Shown piece after piece: positions 13,301 through 25,300 of a stretch of 64,000 nucleotides of DNA. Source of the DNA: Gekko japonicus (lineage: Eukaryota); NCBI RefSeq assembly GCF_001447785.1, contig NW_015173680.1, forward strand, positions 998,686-1,062,685. The letters run 5' to 3'. Each line of letters begins with the position of its first letter. Within the stretch, counting starts at the first letter, position 1. The notes under the pieces are model-generated. The model was not told where the DNA came from, searched no databases, and saw only the letters and a program-made list of their open reading frames with translations. The translations under genes were made by a program, and so were the position numbers.

Positions 13301-16300
13301 GCCGGCGCCGCGCCATTCAGACGCAGCGTTCGCCTCCCACCTCCCAGCCAATGGCAGGGGAGCAGCCTTCAGCGGCAGCTGGCTGGCCAATGGCTGATGG
13401 AGTGCATTTTCTCTGCTGTGTCTTACTCAATTATAGATAAGGGAGAGATGCTAGAAGTGTCTGAGGTAAAATGGGAGAGCTGGAATGCTTAGTGTCAGAG
13501 GAGCAATGCAAAAGAAGAACAACAAAAGCTGTGTGTGTATGCTAAATAAATAAAGTCTAGACTTTATTCAGCTACCTTTTCTAGGTTGCCTTTAATCCTA
13601 CTTTTTCCCCAGAGTTTTGAATGGAGACTTGCCCCAAATGAGCGGTTTTCTCCATTTGACCTTGTTAATCAAGTAAGAGAGCAGGAGGAAGAACTTGGAT
13701 TGATCATTGATTTAACATACACAACTCGCTATTATGAGCCAGAGGTAAGTTTATAAAACATGCCTTAAAAGATCATTATGGTTCTTCATAAGGAAATGCT
13801 TGTTAAAATTATGGTCATGCTTCTCGTTTGGGAGGCGGATCTTTTTTATTCAGGGGTACAGAGAAAGCTTTGAATAAGTATATTTTGTCAGAGTGAAATT
13901 GCAGAGTTGGAAAAGGCCTTACAGACCACATGGTCCACCTTCCTCCTCAATACTAGAAATCTAAAGCAAAAATGTTCCTAATGGATGCCTGTCTAGTTTC
14001 CACTTGAAAACCTTCAGTGAGGGAGAGCCAATTCCCCCCTTAGTAGTTGGTTTGGTTGTAAAACTGCCTTGATAGTTAACAAGTCTCTGCTAATGTGCAG
14101 TTGAAATCTGTCCTCTTGTACCTTAAGCCCATTTGATCCAGCCTTGCCCTCCAGAGCAACAGAGAGCAAATCCTTGCCACTTTCTCTGTGACAACCCTTC
14201 AGGTCATGTAGTTCTCTCTCTGCTGCCACCCCCTTTTCTACATTATACATAACTACTTAATTCAGTCTCTTCTCATAGGACTTTTCCCAGACTTCTGGCC
14301 ATCTTCTTTGGTCTGTTCTGAACCATTTGCAATTTGTGTACATCTTTCTTTAAGCGTGTTACCCAGAACCAGACCGTTATCCATATGAGCACAGAATAGA
14401 GGGGAACTAAGTCCTTATGACTTTAGTGCCAAGGGTCTGTTTGTTTTAGTTCCTTTATTGTCCATCTTTCTTGTCAAGGCTCAAGGCAGATTGTAGTTAT
14501 TAAAAAATGCAATAAAGACAGGTAGAATACAATGAACTGTGTAAGAAAATGAAAACAGTATAATCTATCCTATAAATTGGACAACAGTGAAATTAAGACA
14601 GTACAATATGACCAGTAAACAATGTAGCACGAGAAAAAACGGCCTAAACATTTTATAAGCAATTAAAATTAGAAGCCTTTTTTTTCTTTTGCTGTCAAGT
14701 CGCAGCTGACTTGTGTTAACCCCATGGGGTTTTCAAGGCAAGAGACATTCAAAGGTGGTTTGCCATTGCCTGCCTCCGTATCATGACTCTGATATTCCTT
14801 GGTGGTCTCTCATCCAAATACTAGCCAGGGCCAACCCTGCTTAGCTTCCAAGATCAAGGCTAGCCTGGGCTATCCAGATTACCTTTATAGAAAATGACCT
14901 TCAAAAAAAATCTGTTTTCCCTCATCACTATTCCCTGTATAAAGATGTCTGTCTGAACAGTTCCAATTTTACACATTTTGCAAAATGGCACAAGTGTAGG
15001 TGCCTTCTTGGCCTGATCAGGCAGGCCATTCATCCAGATGGAAGCCACAACAGAAAATGCTCTGGTATGGACAGTCTTGCTCCTTAGCAAGATGGTAGCT
15101 TCAGAAGGCTTTGCATGTCAAGATAGGTGGTCCTGTAGATGTGGGTCCTAGGCCATGTAGGTAATAACCAGCACCTTGAATTGAAGCTGGAAACTAACTG
15201 ATAACCAGTGGTGTGAATGCAGAATGGATGTAATGTGCATACTCCTCATCGTTCCTTGTAGTAAATGAGCCACAGTGTTCTGCACCAGCTACAGTGTGAG
15301 TTGACTTCAAGGCAACTGAAAAGAGAAGTAAACATAGTACAAAATGGCATAAGTCTTGTTTGCAGCTCCATCTCTATGCTAACTCATGTTCAGCTTGTGA
15401 TGCACTGTGTATAGCTGTTTACAGATGGGTTTCTTACAGCTATTGCATTCAGGGAAGCAATGTAGAATGTTTTCAGAAGGGTGTGTGTGTTTGGGGAATA
15501 TTGTACATAAACCTAACAAGGATAGTATTTTGGCCAAAATGAGTGAGCTGTTTGATTTCCCACACCTGCAACACAGCAAATTACTACTGCATTGTAGTTT
15601 GAGTTTGCCTGAAAAGAAGGTGTGAGGGGTTGCATCATTAAGCCTCTTTATAGGAGGCACAAAATGTATGATGTAATAATATTGGAGGTCGCTGCAAGTG
15701 TGTTGTAAGATTCAGGACAGCTGTAGGAGTTAGATATAACCCAGTCACTGTTCTGCAGAAACATGTGGGTGACTTCAGGAATGGTTGGGGCATAGGTCAA
15801 GGGGAAATTCCCATGTAGATACTCTGGTTAGATGTCAGTGGTGCTTATTGGGCCTAAACCTGGAGTTCAGCTTGGATGGAAACTCCAGTGAGGTAGCTGA
15901 ACTCCCATTCTGAGTCCATTTGTTTCACAGCTGCCTAGGAAATAGGTAAGGCTTCTCAGTAAAGAGGATCTCTGGGGTAAACATTAACTTTTTAATTTCA
16001 TTTGTATCTGAGAATAAATATTCCTTAAAAGGGTAGGCGGTGACAGCTTGTTTTCATGTTTGTTACATCAAGAAAGCTTTGTCCATTCTTACAGGAGCTA
16101 CCAGGTAGCGTGCAGCACTATAAGATTTTTACAGTTGGACATGACGTTCCAAATGAAGAGACAGTTTTCCAATTCATCACTGCTGTGAGGCAGTTCTTGA
16201 TGGAGAACCAACATAATGGTGAGAATTATCTAACACGATGTGGTGTTGACCTTTTTCTCTGCCAACAGAGCTGGCTTTACTACAGTCTCAGTAATGCATA

Positions 16301-19300
16301 GCATGTGTGATTTTAGTTTACTGGTTTTTCCTAACTTTTGTACAGTGGGCTACTGTTGGCTGTCTGCACTGCAGAGTTCTCCTATAGGGCATAAGCAAAG
16401 CTGATGGGTTGCTTTCCCAAGGAGCTTACAGTCTAAAGCTTGACATGGGGGGAGAAGAGGGAAGGAATTGGGGGGGAGGGGTACCTGTTCTCTTCTTGGT
16501 GCATGCCAACCATTTTTACAATGAAAGCCGAACTATTCCCTGGAATAATGGTGAACAGTAGGTGACTGTTACTTTTTCAACAAGTCTTTACTTAGTATGG
16601 TTTTAACTGAGGATGGAACTGAAGTACGGGGTGTTTAGTCTCCTGTGTGATTATGTCAGCTTTTTAGTGGTTTATAAATGAGCTAATTCTTAGCCATAAA
16701 CAGTGCTGTGTAGGAATGTCTGCATTGTCTGACTTGCATAATGAAAAATGGCAAATGAATAACATTCTGTGCAGCTGAGCCATATACAAAAAACAAACGT
16801 GAATTCTCTGTCTTCTAGACAATCTGATTGGTGTTCACTGCACACATGGCGTGAATCGAACTGGTTACCTTATTTGCAGGTGAGTTGACTGAGAAATAAA
16901 TGTTAATGATCTGAGATATTCAAGCAGTTGAATACCTGTCACACAATTCCTTGCTGAATGTAAAGCCAGTGGTCTGGATCCTAGACCTTCTGCCTTCTTG
17001 TACTTCTCTTCATCTGTTGTGAAGGCGATCCTCTGTTGTAGAACATGTGTTCCTCTGGTGCTACACATTTTTGCTCATGCAAGATCATTGTCTTCCAAGA
17101 AGCTTTATGCACGAATGTACTGTGCTACCGAGGACCACCTGTGAGGCAGACAAAGAGGAGCACAAGTGGAAAGAAGGTTTAGGGTCCAAATTCTCCTGGA
17201 CAAAAGCCTCTGTTTGGTACTTCAGTTTATATCATGTTGTTTGTAAGCACTGCTTTGTTTGTTACCCAAAACTAATAAAACTAGGTTTTAGCATGATCTA
17301 AGGTTGGTTGCATCGCCATGCAATATCATTTTCCCCTTAAGGGAAGCAGGGGCACAGACACATGTTGGGTCAAATCTGGAACCAGACTTCTTTAGTGCAG
17401 GTTGGGAAATATTGATTCCACAGCATGGTTTTAACTGGTAGTGCCCTTATAATTGCTCAGGAGCAAAGAACGTATCCTCCATTGTGTAAGGCAGGGCTCT
17501 GTCTTTGCTCTAAAGACTGGGCCCTTGATAAAATCCACCTCTCAAAAGCTTGTGGGCCATTCAGAGGACTATTCCAGATAGTTTCTCAATTTCCTTGAAG
17601 CCAGAGTATTGTGTACTTTTTTTGAAGCTATAGAATGGTTTTAAGCAACATTGTTTTCCTCCATTTTTTAAATGGTTTCTAGTGTCCATGATGAAGCTAG
17701 CCTACTTTGGTGGTGATCTTGGGAATGTTTACTGAACTAACCATCTAAACATGGATAGGGTCAAGCTGTTAAGACATTTATATATGTGCTGTTTAGCCTG
17801 CCTTTCTCCAACTGTTTACAACAGGGTTCCCCAATGAAGCACCTGCCTGTATTTCCTCTGGTGCCCCACCAAGCTTTTCAGACAGTGGGTGGGGTCATTG
17901 TAAGACAGGGCTAGTTATTGACTGCCCTCATTCATATGCGACTATTTCCCAGCCACTAGAGAATCAGGAGAATTGCTAAGCACCCAGGCTTTCCTTAGCT
18001 AGTGCCTGGTTCCTTTCCCCTGCAGTCTTGACTGACTGTTGCCATGAGCAAAGAGGGAGCTTAGTTTTAGTCTTAAGAGTTCAGGGAGCTGGGCTGTATC
18101 ATGGAGGTAGATGAGAGTTCGGGAGTAGAAGCTGTTGGGGTTCAATGTGGCCAAGTGCAAGGTGATGCACATTGGAGCCAAAAATCCTAAATATAAATAC
18201 ACATTGATGGGGTCTGAACTGGCAGAGACTGAGCAAGAGAGAGATCTTGGAGTTGTAGTGGATAACTCACTGAAAATGTCGAGACAGTGTGTGACTGCAA
18301 TAAAGAAGGCCAATGCTATGCTGGGGATTATTAGGAAGGGTATTGAAAACAGATCAGCCAATATAATAATGCCCCTATATAAATCAATGGTGAGACCTCA
18401 TTTGGAATACTGTGTGCAGTTCTGGGCACCACACCTTAAAAAGGATATTATAGCTTTGGAAAAAGTGCAGAAAAGGGCAACTCGAATGATAAAAGGGTTG
18501 GAACACCTTCCCTATGAGGAAAGGTTAAAGCGCTTAGGGCTCTTTAGCTTGGAGAAAAGACGACTGAGGGGTGACATGATCGAGGTTTATAAGATTATGC
18601 ATGGGAAAGAGCAGGTAAAGAAAGAGGTACTTTTCTCCCTTTCTCACAATACAAGAACTCGTGGGCACTCCATGAAACTGCAGAGCGGTCGGGTTAGAAC
18701 GGATAAAAGGAAGTACTTCTTCACCCAAAGAGTGATTAACACATGGAATTCACTGCCACAGGAAGTGGTGGGTGCTACAAGCATGGACGGCTTCAAAAGG
18801 GAATTAGATAAGCATATGGAGCAGAGGTCCATCAGTGGCTATTAGCCACAAGGTATAGCTAGGGGCTCTGGGGCAAGTGATGCTCTGTCTTCTTGGTGCT
18901 TGGGGGGGGGGTCAACAGTGGGAGGGCTTCTAATGTCCTGGCCCCACTGCTGGACCTCCTGATGGCACTGGTATTTCTGGCCACTGTGTGACACAGAGTG
19001 TTGGACTGGATGGGCCTTTGGCCTGATCCAACATTGGCGTCTCTTATGTTCTTATGTTCTCTCCCAGTCCTCCTTTAGGCTTGCTGTCCTTCCTTTAACT
19101 GAACCATTATTTCAACCAAAGTATAGATAATACTAGATAGACCAATGGCAGGACTCTGAATAAGTCAGCTGTATGTGTTCAGTTGCCGTACAATTCTTTT
19201 ACAAAGCATGGAGGGAGGTACTGCATTTGGCTCTGCCTCCTGTGGCAGCTGTTTTGGGGTGGCGCTCACCGCCTTCTCTCAAAATTCTAGAGGTGGCTGC

Positions 19301-22300
19301 AGTATCAGAAAGGTTGGGGACCCTGACTTGCAACGTTCTGTTATATGCCCAGTTTTTCTGTTCTGTTCTTCACATTTATTGATGCTCTCCTGCTGTTGTG
19401 TTAAGATACCTAATTGATGTTGAAGGAATGGATCCAAACATGGCACTAGAACGTAAGTTTTGTACCCTTCCTTATTTGTAGTGTTCAGTGGGACTGGGGC
19501 ATTTGGAATTCTATTCTGCTGATGGAAGCAGCCTCTACTAACAGAGGTTTATGTAGAAGAAAAGGCAGTGGACATGGAGAAAACTGGTCACTTTGTTCAC
19601 TTCCCCTGAGTACTATATTTTTTCTAAATGAAAAATTGGAACGTTTGTGGTGAATTAAGAAAACCCCTTTCTGAGTATAAGGCAGAAACCTCATGGTGTT
19701 CTGTTGAAATATTTGTTATTTACGTGAGACACTATGGGTTTTGTGTCGGTTTGCCAACCTCCAGGTGGCACCTGGAGATCTCCCACTGTTACAGTTGATC
19801 TTCAGATAACCAAGATAGTCCCCGAGCGAAAATGGCTGCTTTGGAGGATGGACTGCATGGCATTATACCCTGCTGAGATCCCTCCCCTCCCCAGGGTCTA
19901 TCCCCAAAATCTCCTAGTTTTATGTGACCAGTTTTATCTGCACTTCATATGACTGACTGTATGTGATATGATCCTGAACCGATCAACATTATTTCAAAGT
20001 TTAATTCAAGATTCAAATTTATTGATACTCCTTAAAGATGTAAATCAGCCATTAGTCCCCCTCCCAGTTGGAAGCTGTTTTAAAAAAGAATAATTGCATG
20101 TGCGTTATACAGTAACTCCAGTGTTGCCCTTGGTAAAAAGATATTGCAGGCATTTGTAATATGCCTGGATAATGCTGACTGTGTGGACAAGAGAACTTTT
20201 TTTCATTTATCATGGACTTAAACTCCTTTTTCTTTCACCCACACCCCATTTTTCTGTCTAGTACAGACAAAGGCTGCCATCATATGGCTTATTTATTAGC
20301 AATAAGTCCCATTGAACTAGATAGGATTAATTGCTGAGTTGACCTGCCCAGGACTGACCAGTATAATATGGTTTGATATGCTGGACTGCTCAACTGTTTG
20401 CGTTACTATTTTTGTAGCTATTGTTCTAATAAAAGTAGCACATTTAATTGTTATAAAAATGTCAAAAAGTAGCATTTTGTGTTAAGTTACATAATGCATG
20501 TTAGATGCTTTAAAAAGACCTGGTAAGAATATAAATAATGCTTATAGTTGCATTTTCTTCAAATGTTCCATTTTTTACAGGGAATAGATGAAACCTGGGG
20601 GGACCCCCCCCCAACTTGCAGTTTTCCATCTCCATAGCTGGTTCGAATTTCAGTTCAGCCATAAACTTGCTAGGGGGGTTGGGCATGTTAGAATTCTCTC
20701 TGTCCCCCCTCCCCTGCAATATAAAGGCAATGCCAATCTATACTACTTGCTGTACATTTCCTATGAAACTGCAGGATATGACAGAATGTTGGGGTGTGTT
20801 CTAGATGTATTCCTGGTTCTTAGGGCACTTGGCCAGAACCACTGTGCCCCCGCCTTCCCCCTGTATGATGTGATTCTCATCTAGAACAGACCTTGCACAC
20901 CTCTGATACTGCCCATTGAAAGAGAAGGCAAATTGAGGGGGTGGGGTTTCGGTGAGCTGATGGCGGCTGTGTCTCCTGGGGGCTCCTAGGGATGCAGCCT
21001 GTAAACCAGCAGTTAGAGAGGGGGTGTGAATGTGCACACTTCCCGGGGGTCCTTGTGATGGGTCTCTAGTCATGGGGCGCTGAGGGTCGCCTCTCCCCGG
21101 CGCGCTGCTGGTGGTTGGAGGTGTTCCTTTGCCCCGACTTTCTCTGCTGTGTTCCTGCAAGGACTAAGCTACGCATATCCCATCTAGCGAGTGGAGGTCG
21201 GCGGTAAATAAGCATACCTGTTGGTGAGATCTACTTGATCTACATATGAAGAGTGAATAAAGTTGAAACAAAACATCAGAGCAACGGCTTGCAGTCCTCC
21301 CCTACTAAGCTGGGGGGGGGAACTCTCCCCCCATACAACAAAGCGAATTCAGAGCATCCTCTGGGGGGGACGGAGCTATAAGCAATATGGACTGTATTAA
21401 AGAGCCTACAAGAAGCGCCCAAGTGAAAGACAAACATTTGGGACTTTTGCAGTTTAAAAAAAGAAAACTAAACATCCCCGAAAATGGCGATCGAAAGCAG
21501 AGAAAGACTGAGATGGAATTTAAGGGCTCCTTCAGGAAGTTAGAGGCTGGTCAGGTCAGGTGACCTGAATACCACAGACTCTACCAAATTGTGAACTGTT
21601 ATGGTGACCCCTATTGGTACCAAAAATATACTTGTTAAAGAACAGAGCCAACAATTGACAATCAACTACATGATTCCAAAGACAAGCGTTATGAAGACAG
21701 GAGAATCCTCAATAAGCTATAAATGACGTTTTGGGACCGGTTGCAGATTGAAAGTGAAGTAAAGCAAAGGGATTTATACCCAATCTACATAAAGAAGAAA
21801 ATTTGCCCGGTAATTATGGACAGACTCTCCAGAAGAAAATTAGGCCCTAAAAGGAAAGAACTGAAACTGTTTTTAAGGCTAGTTAGACTTGCCGTAATAA
21901 TATGGACCATTAGGAGAAGAAGATAAAGATTGCAATAAAGGAAGGGGAGATGAGATAGTATATATATGTTTGAAGAAGTCCTGGTTTTAAGAGGGGAGGC
22001 GGTTACCAATTGGGGGAACAACATTTTTTTTAAAATGAGATGCTGATGTTTCCTTATGTTTGCACTGGCGAAAATTAATTATTCTCTTGTTTGTCTCTTT
22101 GAATAGTCTGATTAGCTGGAATGGATATAAGAGAAGCGATAGACTTTTTGATCACCTTCAATGTTAACAAATCTTAATTGTCTTAAAGCTAATTTTGTAA
22201 GCAATGTATGACCACCACCTCTTGGGTTTTTAGTGGTTCTCTTTACTTTCACCTGTAGTTTGTAGTTACCCCTCCTTGTTTCTTTGTAGTTTATAGAAGA

Positions 22301-25300
22301 TGCAATAAAAAATCCCCTGCAGGGGGCCAAAACAAAAAAGAGAGAGAAGGCAAATTATCAGCCATTACTGATTGTTTCCTTAGCTTAGAGGTTCTCCAAG
22401 GATACACAGTTTGAAAAACAGTCTGAAAAACAGTAACTAAATCTGTACCGTTTTTGGCAAATGTAGATATTCTGCTGCTTCAAGCATGTTGTTTGGAATA
22501 GTTGGAATAGTGCTTTTTGGAACTGTTCTGAAGCTTCCTTTTCTTCTAGTGTTCAATAGCTACAGAGGACATTTTATAGACAGGAAGAACTATATTGATG
22601 ACCTTAGAAGAGGAGCTGCCCGCAGGTATGGTGTTTTCACTGCTGCCTTATTAGCTAAGATTTGTTGTTTTTGCCTGCCTGAAGAAGCATTAAAGGGAGG
22701 AAGTGGTTTCACTATCAAGTCTGCCACTAGCTTCTGTCAATTAGGTAAAATATTTGATTAGAGAAGTACTACAAACAAAGGTCCAAATTATTATCATGTC
22801 CAAATCCCTGTGGTCCATGAGATGAGATTCTCTAGATAATAATTTTTACATATCAATGTGAACAGTCCCTTTTGATTTGCCCCACAGAGCAAGATGGAGC
22901 CAGACATTCTGCAGGACCCTCTAGTCCTGAATCAATCCTTGTAGGTGATCTAAGAACGTTAACCAAATGTCACTTTTTGGGACACTGTTAATTGTGACCT
23001 GGGGGGGGGGGAGTTCTCTCCTAGCTAGGAAGAATGAGTCTTCTACTGAACTTCTACTAGAACGTTAGAGGCACACGTGCACTCCTCCTCAGCTCTTTTA
23101 TAAGAGTCCCTAGTAAATATTACTTTTATTTAAAGCATTTTATGCAACCTTTCTACACAATCAGGGCCCACAAGGCAACGAGCATAAAAACTTTCAAACA
23201 TACCACAACAGAAGGTCCTTTCTTGCATCGCCACCCATCTAGCATCAGATAGTGGGGGCAACTGAAGCAGGGCCAGAATGAGCAAGTTGGACCATTTGGG
23301 AGAAGGCAGTCCTTAAAGTATGTTGGTTCTAGGTTTGGTGTAGTGGTTGAGTGCACGGACTCTAATCTGGGAGAACTGGGTTTGATTCCCCACTCCTCCA
23401 CTTGCAGCTGCTGGATTACCTTGGGCAAGCCATAGTTCTGTCAGAGCTTTCCTTGAAAAGGCAGTTCTTGAAAGAGCTCTCTCAGCCCCACCTACTTCAC
23501 AGGTGGGGAGGGGAAGGGAAAGGAGTCGCAATTTTTTTTTATTTTTTTTTAGGATTTATAGCATGCCCTTCCTGTGAGCATGCTCAGGGTGGGTAACAAC
23601 ACCTCAACAATACAATAAATATAAAGAAACATTTAAAACACAGTAATATACATTAAAATGGTGATCACAGCCCAAGGATAGAATTAGCTGGTTGTGAGAG
23701 ATTCCCTAGCCCACTGATAATGGGTGAATAATAGCCAGCTGTTAATAAATGGGTGACCTCAGGAAGGCCATACATGGATGACCGCTGCCTCAGCCAAAGG
23801 CCTAGTGGAACAGCTTTGTCTTACAGGCCTTGCGGAATTGAAGAAGATCACATAGGGCCCTGATCTCAATTCAATTCAAAACCTTTATTGGCATGGATCA
23901 GAATCATAAACAGTCACCCGTCAGTTCATGGATTTAACACACAGCTTCCTCATTATGAGGCAGCTACAGAAATTAGCCACCGCTTCAATAACCACTGTAT
24001 TTTGTGAAGCCAATAAACGGTACAACATTCTGTCATCTGATTGCTTGATATCTTTCTTAAGTATGGCTTCTAGATAGACTGCCCGAATGTCATCATACAA
24101 ACTACAGTGGAGGAATACGTGTTCGATTGTTTCAATCTCCTCTGAATCACAACCACAAACCCTAACAGAGTAGGGGATTTTCTTAAATCTTCCTGCTAAA
24201 ACCGCAGAGGGGAGCACATTAAAGCGGGCCAGCATAAATGCTCTACGCAGCTGTGGAGAAGTCAAATCCGATAAGTATTGTGCAGGGGTGTTGATCGGAA
24301 GCCGCTCTGAGACTTGAGTGAAGGGTGGGGTATAAATCCAATCTCCTTTTCTGCTGCTAGGCTGTACAGGGCTTTAAAGGTCAATACCAGCACCTTGAAT
24401 TGAGCCCAGAAGAAAATTGGAAACCAGTGTAGGTGGAACAAGACTGCAGTGATATGATCCCTATGACCCACTTCAGTCAATATTTTGGCTGCAGTATTCT
24501 GTACTAACTAGCTTCTGGACAGTCTTCAAGGGCAGTCCCTTGTAGAGCACATTGTGGTGTACACTCCCCTAAGCTCTTCAAGGGGAGGGTGGTTTATGAA
24601 TCAAATAAATAAATTTTATCTAGACATTACCAGGGCATGCCTCACAGTGGCAAGATCTTTTCTGTCCAGAAAGGACTACAGGTAACTCAGCAGCCAAAGC
24701 TGCTGAAAGGTACCTCTGGCCACTGCAGCCACTGTTTATCTAGCAGGAGGTTCAGGCCCAGCAACACCCCCAAGCTATGAACCTGCTCCTTTAAGGAAGT
24801 GCAACCACATCTAGAACCTGGGCTAAGCCATTTCCCAGATCAGACCTTCCCCCCCACACACACACCAGTAGCACCTATGTTTTGTTGGGATTAAGTTTCA
24901 TTTTGTCAGCCCTCATCCATTCCAGCTAGGTGAAAGACCCCCATAGGTCAGTCTATGTGAGCCATGCCAAGGTCCCAGCACAGAAGCTTGAGTGAGCCTT
25001 CCAAGATTTATCCAATTTGTAATTAACTTTTCACTGTTACAGAAATCTACACATTGTAATCTCTGCATTTCCGGCTGAAATGTATTGAAGGCTGTTGCAT
25101 AGAAGTTAGTTCACTTTCATCCTATTGAAGCTATATAACTCCATTAATGTTTTTTCTTTAAAGGAATCGTTACACGGCTGTGTATAGATGGATGAATAAT
25201 GAATTGTGCGGATATGCACCCAGTTCTGGTTTTCAAGCAGCTGACTACAATCCACGAAATTTGCAACAGTGTGCATTGCAAGAACAAAGGTTTCCCATTT

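Noticed and set aside
12884-13492. Multiple overlapping 110-170-aa ORFs
   Set aside because: They arise from the GC-rich tandem units inside the Helitron.
22888-25090. Additional DUSP11 exons at about 22888 and 25043
   Set aside because: Acceptor-like sites exist, but the required phase-2 frame reaches a stop within about 15 codons and there is no homology.
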